Counted from the first letter of the stretch, positions 19,699-28,248 are shown. The stretch: 64,000 nt of DNA from Bacillota bacterium (GCA_963666425.2 OY762825.2:1568001-1632000); one strand, 5' to 3'. Notes: generated from the sequence alone by a model not told the origin. Numbers and translations: made by a program.

Positions 19699-20601
19699 TT
19701 ACAGCGCCTCCGATGCTTTGATCACGCCGGCAGCAGCAGCCAGCTGCAGCACATGCTGCGCCCGCAGCACAACCGGCCGATCAATCATTTTACCATTCAG
19801 GCTGATCACACCGCTGCCCCGCGCCTCCGCTTCCTGCAATGCCGCGATGATCCGCTGCGCCTGCTCCACTTCCGGCTTCGTCGGTGTAAAAATACGATGA
19901 ATCGGCTGAATTTGTCTGGGATGAATCACCGATTTGCCGTCAAAACCAAGATTCTTGATCAATCTGGTTTCATAAATCAACTGCTCCTCATTATTGAGAT
20001 CAGAATAGACCGTATCCAAAGCAGCAATACCGGCTGCCCGGGCGGCCAGGACAATCGTCTGACGTGCCAATTGCAGTTCGGCTCCGCTCGCCGTACGTTG
20101 GCAGCGCAAATCCGCACAGAAATCCTCCGCACCCAAAGCAATGCCAATCAAGCGCGGCGAAGCGACTGCGATGGCATAAGCTTCGATCACCCCGCGCGCG
20201 CTTTCAATGGCAGCCATCATCAGCGTAGAACCAATGGGGCGATGGTGCTTTGCTTCCATTTCCGCAATCACCTGCTCGCAATCCCGCACATCCTGCGCTG
20301 TTTCTGTTTTGGGCATGCGCAGCACATCAACACCGGCGCAGACCATGGCCTCAATATCCTGACGGCCAAAGGGCGTACTGAGCGGATTGATCCGCACCAC
20401 CAGCTCAACGCCTCCGTAATCGATGGTTCGTAACGCCTCGTAAACCAATTGGCGGGCAGCATCTTTTTCGGATAAGGAAACGGAATCTTCCAGATCAAAC
20501 ATCAGCGCATCGGCTCCGTAAATCTGCGCATCCCGAATCATACCGGGTTGATTGCCGGGGATAAACATCATGGTGCGGCGCAGTCTAGACTTCTCCGTCA
20601 T
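19699..20601 (-). CDS. citE: Citrate lyase beta subunit
   Basis: RRTMMFIPGN, FDLEDSV, LGAEDF and GFDGKSVIHPRQ motifs. Confidence 0.95.
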   Translation of the reverse strand: MTEKSRLRRTMMFIPGNQPGMIRDAQIYGADALMFDLEDSVSLSEKDAARQLVYEALRTIDYGGVELVVRINPLSTPFGRQDIEAMVCAGVDVLRMPKTETAQDVRDCEQVIAEMEAKHHRPIGSTLMMAAIESARGVIEAYAIAVASPRLIGIALGAEDFCADLRCQRTASGAELQLARQTIVLAARAAGIAALDTVYSDLNNEEQLIYETRLIKNLGFDGKSVIHPRQIQPIHRIFTPTKPEVEQAQRIIAALQEAEARGSGVISLNGKMIDRPVVLRAQHVLQLAAAAGVIKASEAL

Positions 20602-20899
20602 CTTGCTGCCTCCCTTGCCATGAAAATTCTGTGCACTCACTAGCCCGCAGGACCGCCGTGGTCAGACGGGCCCGGATCGCACAGTCCAGCGCGCCTTTAT
20701 CGGTGGCCGTCACCAGAGCAGAAAATATCTGTAGCGCCGCCAGTGTTTCTGTGATCGTCAGCCGAATTTGGCGGCCATAAAGCCGTTCCACACTGCTGGT
20801 CAAATCGATTTCAATACCATTGCCTTGATTCGGCTCGATCTCGATCAGAATATCCCCCGATTCCAAGGTCCCGGCTGTCGCTTTTTTACTTAATTGCAT
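20585..20899 (-). CDS. citD: Citrate lyase acyl carrier protein (gamma subunit)
   Basis: AGTLESGD (prosthetic-group Ser) and DKGALDC motifs. Confidence 0.95.
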   Translation of the reverse strand: MQLSKKATAGTLESGDILIEIEPNQGNGIEIDLTSSVERLYGRQIRLTITETLAALQIFSALVTATDKGALDCAIRARLTTAVLRASECTEFSWQGRQQDDGEV

Positions 20900-20959
20900 T
20901 TTCTCAACTCCAAATCAATCGATTGTTTGAGGACTTTAAAAAGCGATTCGCTTGCTGAT

Positions 20960-21787
20960 TTATGCTAAGAGACCGAAATAAACCAAAACGGCAATACCCA
21001 GAACAATTCGATACCAACCGAAAACGGCAAAATCATTTTTCTGAATATAGCGCATCAGAAAACGAATGGCCAAGAGGGAAACCACAAAAGCCACAATCGT
21101 ACCGACCGCCAGAATCGCCCACTCGGTTTGCGTCAGGACAAAGCCAAATTTCAAAATGCGCAGGGCACTGGCACCCAGCATGACCGGAATGGCCATAAAG
21201 AAAGAAAACTCCGCCGCAATGGTGCGGGAAGCGCCCAGCAGCATACCGCCTAAAATTGTCGCTCCGGAGCGGGAGGTGCCGGGAACCAAGGCCAGGACCT
21301 GAAAGATACCCATCAAGGCGGCAGTGCCGTAGCCGAAGTGATCCATCTTGCGAATCTTTGCCTGCCGCGATTTGTTGCGCCGCTCCAAAACAATAAACAG
21401 CACACCGTAGACAATCAGCATGATCGCCACCGTCAGATAGCCGCTGAGCTTTGCTTCTACCCAATCATTAAACAAAAGTCCAATGATCCCCGCCGGAACG
21501 GAAGCCACAAAAACCTTCAGCCATAACTCGATTGTCTCTTTGCGTTCGCGCTTGGATTTACTGAGAGCAAAAGGATTCAAACGATTAAAATAAAGTACAA
21601 TGACAGCCAAAATAGAGCCCAACTGCACAACTACCAGGAACATATTCATAAAGGTCGCCGACACATTCAAATGCATCAACTCGTCCAATAAAATCATATG
21701 TCCGGTGCTACTGACCGGCAGCCATTCCGTAACGCCCTGCACAAGCCCCAAGAGCGCTGCTTTCGCAATTTCCAACCAATTCATCAT
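20960..21787 (-). CDS. uppP: Undecaprenyl-diphosphatase (BacA family)
   Basis: [21 protein letters not shown] and AAEFSF motifs. Confidence 0.95.
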   Translation of the reverse strand: MMNWLEIAKAALLGLVQGVTEWLPVSSTGHMILLDELMHLNVSATFMNMFLVVVQLGSILAVIVLYFNRLNPFALSKSKRERKETIELWLKVFVASVPAGIIGLLFNDWVEAKLSGYLTVAIMLIVYGVLFIVLERRNKSRQAKIRKMDHFGYGTAALMGIFQVLALVPGTSRSGATILGGMLLGASRTIAAEFSFFMAIPVMLGASALRILKFGFVLTQTEWAILAVGTIVAFVVSLLAIRFLMRYIQKNDFAVFGWYRIVLGIAVLVYFGLLA

Positions 21788-21972
21788 AAACCGCCTCCCT
21801 TAATACGATTATTTTAGCACGTTACCAGGCTTTTTACCATGACTATTTCGTAATATTACGAAATTGATATCATTTTCCACTGTGTAGGAATTATTACGCC
21901 CTTTGAAGAAATGATCAAGCAATTGGCGGGAAGAGGAAGCGTCCGCAACCTGTCAAAGAAGGAAGCACCCGC

Positions 21973-22170
21973 TCAAGTACATTGGGCAGAACCAACAAAA
22001 TAGATAGGTAGACCGATCAAGCACACTGGGCAAAACCAACAAAATGTAGAAGCAAACCGATCAAACACATTGGCCGAACCAACAAAAATATAAAGCAAAC
22101 CGATCAAGCGCATTGGGCAGAACCAACAATAATATAAAGCAAGCCGATGAAGCACATTGGGCAGATGTAG
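21973..22170 (+). repeat. Degenerate 43-44 bp tandem repeat, about 4.5 copies, ending in the GTAG of a REP
   Basis: Units TCAAGCACATTGGGCAGAACCAACAAAAT...AAACCGA start at 21973, 22017, 22061, 22104 and 22148. Confidence 0.9.
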
Positions 22171-22203
22171 CCAGCTATCAAACGTCAAGTGGCAAAACGA
22201 AAA

Positions 22204-23376
22204 TTATATTCTGGGAACATAAGGCTTTTTATCCCTTAAAACAGCAAAAACAATGTTGCATAATTTATGTGTAACAGCTCCAATTGCCGTCATATAATCT
22301 TTTCCTTCGTCGCGTTTCTTCTGGTAAAAAGCAGACATGACCGGATCTTTTTGCGCGGCAACCGTTGCGGCATTCCAGAGCGCTCTGCGCAGATAAGGTG
22401 AGCCTCGCTTCGACATCGTGTTGTGCGTTGAAGTGAAATTACCGGATTGCTTAATCGAAGGGTCAATACCGGCAAATGCCGCCAGTTTCTTTGGATTTTC
22501 GAAATTATCAATATTGCCGATTTCCGAGTAGATCACCGCAGCCGAGGTGACTCCAACACCAATAATGGTATCCAGATAGCATTCACATTGGGAATAGATC
22601 TGCTCAATCTTATTCTCAATTGCGTCAATCTGTTCTTCAATGAATTGAATCAGATCCACGGTTTGGTGTAATTCAAAGCATAGAGCAGCGTTCGCTCTAT
22701 TCACACCAACAGTGTGTCTGCAGGCGCTGCGGATCTCCAGCGCTTTTTCCTCACCGAAACTGCCGCGGGAATGCTTCGCTAAAAAATCAGCCAACCGCTT
22801 TGTGCCGAGCTTCAGAATGGCATCCGGTGACGGATACTTGCTGAGCAACTCCAGCGAAGTTTTACCGAAAATATTGGAAAACAGCTTGTGATATTCCGGA
22901 AAAAGGTGATCCAGCACGCCAATTACATGGTTTTTGTGCTTTGCAATCTCATCAACCAGAGAACAGCGGAAACGGCATAACTCGCGTAAATTCTGGACAT
23001 CCTCCGTTTGTACCGCTACGTCGGAATAACGTCCCATGCGGATCACATCCGCGATATAACCGCAATCCACCGTATCCGTCTTGGTTTTACGGACAGACAT
23101 GCGCCGTATGGCGTCGGTGAGCAGGGGATTGACCACATGCAATTCAATTCCTAAATCGAGTAAAACACAATAAAAATTCAGCCAGTAATGACCGGTGGCT
23201 TCCATGCCGACGCAAATTGCATCTTGCTTTTGGTAAAGAGCGACCTTCTGCAAAAACAATTGAAAGCCCTCTTCGGAATTTTCAAATGCAAACGAGGGAG
23301 CCAGCGCTTGACCACTGGCGTCCACCGCGATCACCTGGTGACGGAATTTACCGATGTCTACGCCAAAAGTAATCAT
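22204..23376 (-). CDS. IS110 family DEDD transposase/recombinase
   Basis: GVDIGK, GMEATG and KTKTDTVD (DEDD RuvC-like); AFAGIDPSIKQSG (catalytic Ser region); SKRGSPYLRRAL. Confidence 0.95.
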   Translation of the reverse strand: MITFGVDIGKFRHQVIAVDASGQALAPSFAFENSEEGFQLFLQKVALYQKQDAICVGMEATGHYWLNFYCVLLDLGIELHVVNPLLTDAIRRMSVRKTKTDTVDCGYIADVIRMGRYSDVAVQTEDVQNLRELCRFRCSLVDEIAKHKNHVIGVLDHLFPEYHKLFSNIFGKTSLELLSKYPSPDAILKLGTKRLADFLAKHSRGSFGEEKALEIRSACRHTVGVNRANAALCFELHQTVDLIQFIEEQIDAIENKIEQIYSQCECYLDTIIGVGVTSAAVIYSEIGNIDNFENPKKLAAFAGIDPSIKQSGNFTSTHNTMSKRGSPYLRRALWNAATVAAQKDPVMSAFYQKKRDEGKDYMTAIGAVTHKLCNIVFAVLRDKKPYVPRI

Positions 23377-23426
23377 TTACAGCAACTCCTCAAACTGGAA
23401 TGCGGCAAAGGATGATCTCTCTGACG

Positions 23427-23562
23427 CTGACAGCTGCAACCTCGCGTGAAATACAAGGATTTTACCCTATCCAGCCAATACGCAGATTTCTGTCAGATCA
23501 GAGGCAACACTCTACATCACAGGAACGATTCCCAGGGAACAGTACGTTGACCTCTGCCTGAC
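23427..23562 (-). ncRNA. Putative bridge RNA core (target- and donor-binding loops), IS copy 1
   Basis: Stem-enclosed ACUGUUCCCU-hairpin-GAUGUAG matching the insertion target; second stem-loop with partial donor matches; ends approximate. Confidence 0.75.
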
Positions 23563-23668
23563 AAAATTATACCACAAAGGGCAAACCCCTTGGATACCTA
23601 AAGAGTGGCTTTGGCTCGCTTCCTGTACCCCGTAAATGAGTTACCTTGGCACTACTAGTATATACGAG

Positions 23669-23868
23669 GGAACAGTCTTGACTGTTCCGAACGCATCGCA
23701 TCAGTCAGCTTGATATGCTTATGGGTGCGCGGAATGGTCAAGACCATTCCCTACCTTGCACAATGTTTATAACAAATCTGCAATGGTATGCATATTAACG
23801 CCAAGTCACATTGGGCAGAACCAACAAAATAGATTGGCAACCCGATCAAACACATTGGGCAAATGTAG
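23669..23868. repeat. REP mosaic between the IS copies: split REP, linker, inverted REP (23729-23754), module shared with the 39-kb array, 44-bp unit, GTAG
   Basis: GGAACAGTCTTGACTGTTCCG; GCGGAATGGTCAAGACCATTCCCTAC; homology to 39049-39140 and 21973-22170. Confidence 0.85.
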
Positions 23869-23901
23869 CCAGCTATCAAACGTCAAGTGGCAAAACGAAA
23901 A

Positions 23902-25074
23902 TTATATTCTGGGAACATAAGGCTTTTTATCCCTTAAAACAGCAAAAACAATGTTGCATAATTTATGTGTAACAGCTCCAATTGCCGTCATATAATCTTT
24001 TCCTTCGTCGCGTTTCTTCTGGTAAAAAGCAGACATGACCGGATCTTTTTGCGCGGCAACCGTTGCGGCATTCCAGAGCGCTCTGCGCAGATAAGGTGAG
24101 CCTCGCTTCGACATCGTGTTGTGCGTTGAAGTGAAATTACCGGATTGCTTAATCGAAGGGTCAATACCGGCAAATGCCGCCAGTTTCTTTGGATTTTCGA
24201 AATTATCAATATTGCCGATTTCCGAGTAGATCACCGCAGCCGAGGTGACTCCAACACCAATAATGGTATCCAGATAGCATTCACATTGGGAATAGATCTG
24301 CTCAATCTTATTCTCAATTGCGTCAATCTGTTCTTCAATGAATTGAATCAGATCCACGGTTTGGTGTAATTCAAAGCATAGAGCAGCGTTCGCTCTATTC
24401 ACACCAACAGTGTGTCTGCAGGCGCTGCGGATCTCCAGCGCTTTTTCCTCACCGAAACTGCCGCGGGAATGCTTCGCTAAAAAATCAGCCAACCGCTTTG
24501 TGCCGAGCTTCAGAATGGCATCCGGTGACGGATACTTGCTGAGCAACTCCAGCGAAGTTTTACCGAAAATATTGGAAAACAGCTTGTGATATTCCGGAAA
24601 AAGGTGATCCAGCACGCCAATTACATGGTTTTTGTGCTTTGCAATCTCATCAACCAGAGAACAGCGGAAACGGCATAACTCGCGTAAATTCTGGACATCC
24701 TCCGTTTGTACCGCTACGTCGGAATAACGTCCCATGCGGATCACATCCGCGATATAACCGCAATCCACCGTATCCGTCTTGGTTTTACGGACAGACATGC
24801 GCCGTATGGCGTCGGTGAGCAGGGGATTGACCACATGCAATTCAATTCCTAAATCGAGTAAAACACAATAAAAATTCAGCCAGTAATGACCGGTGGCTTC
24901 CATGCCGACGCAAATTGCATCTTGCTTTTGGTAAAGAGCGACCTTCTGCAAAAACAATTGAAAGCCCTCTTCGGAATTTTCAAATGCAAACGAGGGAGCC
25001 AGCGCTTGACCACTGGCGTCCACCGCGATCGCCTGGTGACGGAATTTACCGATGTCTACGCCAAAAGTAATCAT
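23902..25074 (-). CDS. IS110 family DEDD transposase/recombinase
   Basis: Same as 22204-23376 except one residue. Confidence 0.95.
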   Translation of the reverse strand: MITFGVDIGKFRHQAIAVDASGQALAPSFAFENSEEGFQLFLQKVALYQKQDAICVGMEATGHYWLNFYCVLLDLGIELHVVNPLLTDAIRRMSVRKTKTDTVDCGYIADVIRMGRYSDVAVQTEDVQNLRELCRFRCSLVDEIAKHKNHVIGVLDHLFPEYHKLFSNIFGKTSLELLSKYPSPDAILKLGTKRLADFLAKHSRGSFGEEKALEIRSACRHTVGVNRANAALCFELHQTVDLIQFIEEQIDAIENKIEQIYSQCECYLDTIIGVGVTSAAVIYSEIGNIDNFENPKKLAAFAGIDPSIKQSGNFTSTHNTMSKRGSPYLRRALWNAATVAAQKDPVMSAFYQKKRDEGKDYMTAIGAVTHKLCNIVFAVLRDKKPYVPRI

Positions 25075-25124
25075 TTACAGCAACTCCTCAAACTGGAATG
25101 CGGCAAAGGATGATCTCTCTGACG

Positions 25125-25260
25125 CTGACAGCTGCAACCTCGCGTGAAATACAAGGATTTTACCCTATCCAGCCAATACGCAGATTTCTGTCAGATCAGA
25201 GGCAACACTCTACATCACAGGAACGATTCCCAGGGAACAGTACGTTGACCTCTGCCTGAC
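25125..25260 (-). ncRNA. Putative bridge RNA core, IS copy 2
   Basis: Same sequence as the copy 1 left-end region; guides at 25232-25241 and 25210-25216. Confidence 0.75.
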
Positions 25261-25366
25261 AAAATTATACCACAAAGGGCAAACCCCTTGGATACCTAAA
25301 GAGTGGCTTTGGCTCGCTTCCTGTACCCCGTAAATGAGTTACCTTGGCACTACTAGTATATACGAG

Positions 25367-25451
25367 GGAACAGTCTTGACTGTTCCGCAACGTATCGCAC
25401 AAGTAAACCTAATATGTCTATGAACACGCGGAATGGTCAAGACCATTCCGC
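25367..25451. repeat. Inverted REP doublet (REPIN-like); the first REP is split by IS copy 2
   Basis: GGAACAGTCTTGACTGTTCCGC, linker, GCGGAATGGTCAAGACCATTCCGC. Confidence 0.85.
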
Positions 25452-25456
25452 GCATC

Positions 25457-25538
25457 TATACTAGTCGTGCCAAGGTAACTCATTGACAGGGTACAAGAAA
25501 CGAGTCAGAGCAACTCTTTTTAGGTATCCAAGCGGGTT
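25457..25538 (+). mobile_element. Orphan, diverged, inverted copy of the first ~80 bp of the IS110 left end
   Basis: TATACTAGTCGTGCCAAGGTAACTCATT...TAGGTATCCAAG aligns to the reverse complement of 25282-25360 (roughly 85% by eye). Confidence 0.8.
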
Positions 25539-25548
25539 GAAGGAGCTC

Positions 25549-26322
25549 TCAATTTTGCATGCTCGATGATTCTGCTATGTAAATTTGCTCATAAACATCA
25601 AGCATAGTTTCTTTACTGCGCGTGATGTGAATGGCTGCTAAATCTATGTCTAGAGTACGCATTTTTTGAATACAGATTTGAATATCGTTATAGACTTCAA
25701 CCGGAGCAGGGATCTTATTTGCCGCATTGATAAGTGGAAACAGGCGAAATACATCCTGCCGATGCTTACGCAAATCGCGGTCGTTTACATGTGCTCCGCG
25801 AGCTTTACGATCTGTAAGATCCAGCCAAGCTTTCATTTTTAATGGAATGATATGAACTGCATCCAGCACGGAGACATCACCGGCAACTGCTCTGCCAGCC
25901 AGAAGGAACTTATAGTAGCTGTCATTCAATAAAATAGCCGAAAGGCTGGTTATCTCATCGTCAATATGCAGAGGCATGAGATGGCCGATTGCCTGAAGTT
26001 GAACCCCACTTTGAGGGCGTGAGAACAATTCTATCATTTTAGGGTAAGCAGGGTTAGTAGGATTAACAAACCTATAAAACTTTGGCTGTCCAATGCTGCT
26101 CAAGTGTGTTGTATAGTCACCATCTTCAATGAACTGCCAAATAGCTTTGCCAAAATCTGTTGTTAAGGCTTCAATGATAAGCACCATATCAATATCTTGG
26201 GTAAGCCGAAAGTCGAGGCCCGCGTCACTCATCAGCAAATCGCAGGCCATGCCTCCGATTACCGTGTATTGTTCTTTATATGCACTGAAGTGTTCCCTAA
26301 AAACCTCAATTCCATGCGCCAT
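25549..26322 (-). CDS. Putative nucleotidyltransferase (AbiEii-like toxin)
   Basis: VIGGMAC...RLTQDIDMV NTase motif; LKMKAW...KHRQDV C-terminal motif. Confidence 0.7.
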   Translation of the reverse strand: MAHGIEVFREHFSAYKEQYTVIGGMACDLLMSDAGLDFRLTQDIDMVLIIEALTTDFGKAIWQFIEDGDYTTHLSSIGQPKFYRFVNPTNPAYPKMIELFSRPQSGVQLQAIGHLMPLHIDDEITSLSAILLNDSYYKFLLAGRAVAGDVSVLDAVHIIPLKMKAWLDLTDRKARGAHVNDRDLRKHRQDVFRLFPLINAANKIPAPVEVYNDIQICIQKMRTLDIDLAAIHITRSKETMLDVYEQIYIAESSSMQN

Positions 26323-26339
26323 AAAAACAACTCCTCTCT

Positions 26340-27323
26340 TTAACCCTCAGTTGGCAGCCCATACTTTTCGCGTATTGTATCAAGACCACCTTGAATACGC
26401 TCATCAGTTACTGCTCTCAGGCTAAGCAGTAAGGAAATATCATCGACTATTTCGCCTTCGGATAAAGCTTTTGGATCGTAGTTCCATACTTCTATAATGT
26501 GACCACCAAAGTCATTGAATTTTTTTTTTGTAATGATAGAATCTGGTAAAATGGCTTTTACATCTTTTCTCGAAATGACAAGGCCGCCATCAGATGTATT
26601 AGCATTCACCATTGTCAGTTTTGATAATGCTTGAAGGCCGCCGTATTTGTATGCAGCATGATTCTGCAATGATTTTACATAGATCTCTTTATCAACGGGC
26701 GAGCTCATTCGCAGCATTGCTTTTTGCAGTATTTCATCCAGACTAAGGGCAGGAGAAAGCCATTTGTTTGTGCCTACTGTTCTTTGAGCGAAAATTCCGG
26801 AATCGGTTAAGTCATCAATGGCTCTGGTGCAGCTCGACTTTGCAATATTTAATGCTCTTACTATTTGCGTAAGGTTAATCTGCACTTGCGGGTTATTCTT
26901 ATATTGATAGTACAAATATAAAAATACAACCTGAGTCATTGGAGCCATTTTGTCAGCAACAGCAATCTCTCGTTTAAAACGATCGCTGAAGCTACAGCCC
27001 CAAAACGGAAGATATACTTGGTGCGGTATTGAAATGAATGGTGTGTTGCTCTCAAGAAGATTCTGCCGCTGCGCTGCAGAAAGGTTATCCAGATTTAGAA
27101 CACAATTTATATTACACAGTGAACCTATGATTTTGAGTTGCTTTTTTAGAGAAGAAAGCCTAAGAGAAGTGTCATAAGGTTTGACAACCAGGCATTCGTT
27201 ATTATTCCAAGTTAGTTTTTGTGCAGTATATCCATCGTTAATATAAAAGGGAACATTGGGCGGGAAGGAATAGGGTACGCTTTTTATTGTTGTACCGAAT
27301 ATGGTTTGAAGATAATCCAACAT
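26340..27323 (-). CDS. HTH-containing protein (AbiEi-like antitoxin/regulator partner)
   Basis: wHTH-like INLTQIVRALNIAKSSCTRAIDDL; QVYLPF; C-terminal VDDISLLLSL...DERI; co-transcribed with the NTase. Confidence 0.6.
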   Translation of the reverse strand: MLDYLQTIFGTTIKSVPYSFPPNVPFYINDGYTAQKLTWNNNECLVVKPYDTSLRLSSLKKQLKIIGSLCNINCVLNLDNLSAAQRQNLLESNTPFISIPHQVYLPFWGCSFSDRFKREIAVADKMAPMTQVVFLYLYYQYKNNPQVQINLTQIVRALNIAKSSCTRAIDDLTDSGIFAQRTVGTNKWLSPALSLDEILQKAMLRMSSPVDKEIYVKSLQNHAAYKYGGLQALSKLTMVNANTSDGGLVISRKDVKAILPDSIITKKKFNDFGGHIIEVWNYDPKALSEGEIVDDISLLLSLRAVTDERIQGGLDTIREKYGLPTEG

Positions 27324-27353
27324 CAATATTGAGCCTCCTTACACTTTTTAAGT

Positions 27354-27418
27354 AATTGTTCCAACCGACTTTGATTGTACCATAGCAAATGGAACAAGTC
27401 AATTACGTTGGAACAATT
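27354..27418 (-). promoter_or_regulatory. Sigma-A promoter flanked by a perfect 12-bp inverted repeat (putative operator)
   Basis: TTGACT-N17-TACAAT (27402-27374); AATTGTTCCAAC at 27354-27365 and GTTGGAACAATT at 27407-27418; extra half-site TGGAACAA at 27390-27397. Confidence 0.75.
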
Positions 27419-27742
27419 TGTGAAAAAATAAACCCGCTCGGTTAGTATTACCGCCTTGACTGATTGTTTAACCAGCAGAGCCAAACGCACTTCGGCGGTG
27501 ACAGCATAACATGCAACGCTTCGGGCGAGATACTATCTCGCTCGGCGGAATGGTCAGTGTATGGATCATAGTGAATTGCAAAATAGCATGAGTTGACCCT
27601 TCAGAAGGAACACGAATCCCGGCTGTAGTCGACTTTCTCTGCATAAACTTCTGTGAAAATAATGTTTGTGCATTTTAGAGCATAAATTCCACAAATTAAA
27701 AAGTTTGTGCTGCAATGGGAAAAATAATAGGAGGCGAGCAAA

Positions 27743-28222
27743 TTGATAGCAATCCAGGAGTATGTGTATGCGTTGCAGCAGGCCTATTTCTTTTATGAAA
27801 CAAAGCGCTTTGATGTAAAAGGCAAGGAGTATCTCAAGACGCTTGGAAAATACTACATTGTCGAAATTGGCATGAGAAACTATTTGCTCGGATTCAGGAA
27901 TATTGACAGAGGTCACGTTCTGGAGAACATCGTCTGCTTTGAACTTCTAAAAAGAGGGTATGACGCTGCAATCGGGAAAGTGGAGAACCTTGAAGTTGAT
28001 TTCATAGCAACCAAGCCTGAAGAGGTTTTGCATATCCAGGTAACAGAATCCATGCTTTCCGAAGAAACACGCGCTCGAGAATTGAGACCTTTGATGAAGA
28101 TTCAGGACAATTACGAGAAGATCGTTTTATCCTTGGATGATGACCTCTCAAATTCATATGATGGGATTAAGTCACTCATCCTTGTGAATTGGCTGATGGA
28201 AGACTGGATAGGGTGGAAATAA
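27743..28222 (+). pseudogene. C-terminal fragment of an AAA ATPase / DUF4143-type protein
   Basis: KYYIVEIGMRN, GHVLENIV, EVDFIA and HIQV motifs; N-terminal ATPase domain absent. Confidence 0.7.
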
Positions 28223-28248
28223 CCATTTGCGCATATTTATCTAAGCCA

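Larger units (their letters stand above)
22171..23668 (-). mobile_element. IS110 family insertion sequence, copy 1 (1498 bp including one AG/CT core)
   Basis: Ends defined by comparison with copy 2 and with the uninterrupted REP at 38942; no terminal IRs; AG dinucleotide at both junctions. Confidence 0.92.
23869..25366 (-). mobile_element. IS110 family insertion sequence, copy 2 (1498 bp)
   Basis: Direct repeat of copy 1 at offset 1698; only one difference noticed (23333 A vs 25031 G; Val/Ala). Confidence 0.92.

Noticed and set aside
19621-20433. 270-aa plus-strand ORF
   Set aside because: Antisense shadow of citE with no recognisable motifs
21973-22188. CRISPR array or 71-aa repeat protein
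   Set aside because: The whole 44-bp unit repeats with no spacers; the unit length is not a multiple of 3, so the ORF is incidental
23612-23618. TGGCTCG in the IS left end equals the predicted donor junction in inverted orientation
   Set aside because: Only 7 bp, it lies outside the guide-loop architecture, and it could easily be chance
22171-25366. Terminal inverted repeats or target-site duplication for the IS
   Set aside because: Only the 2-bp AG core recurs at the junctions, as expected for IS110
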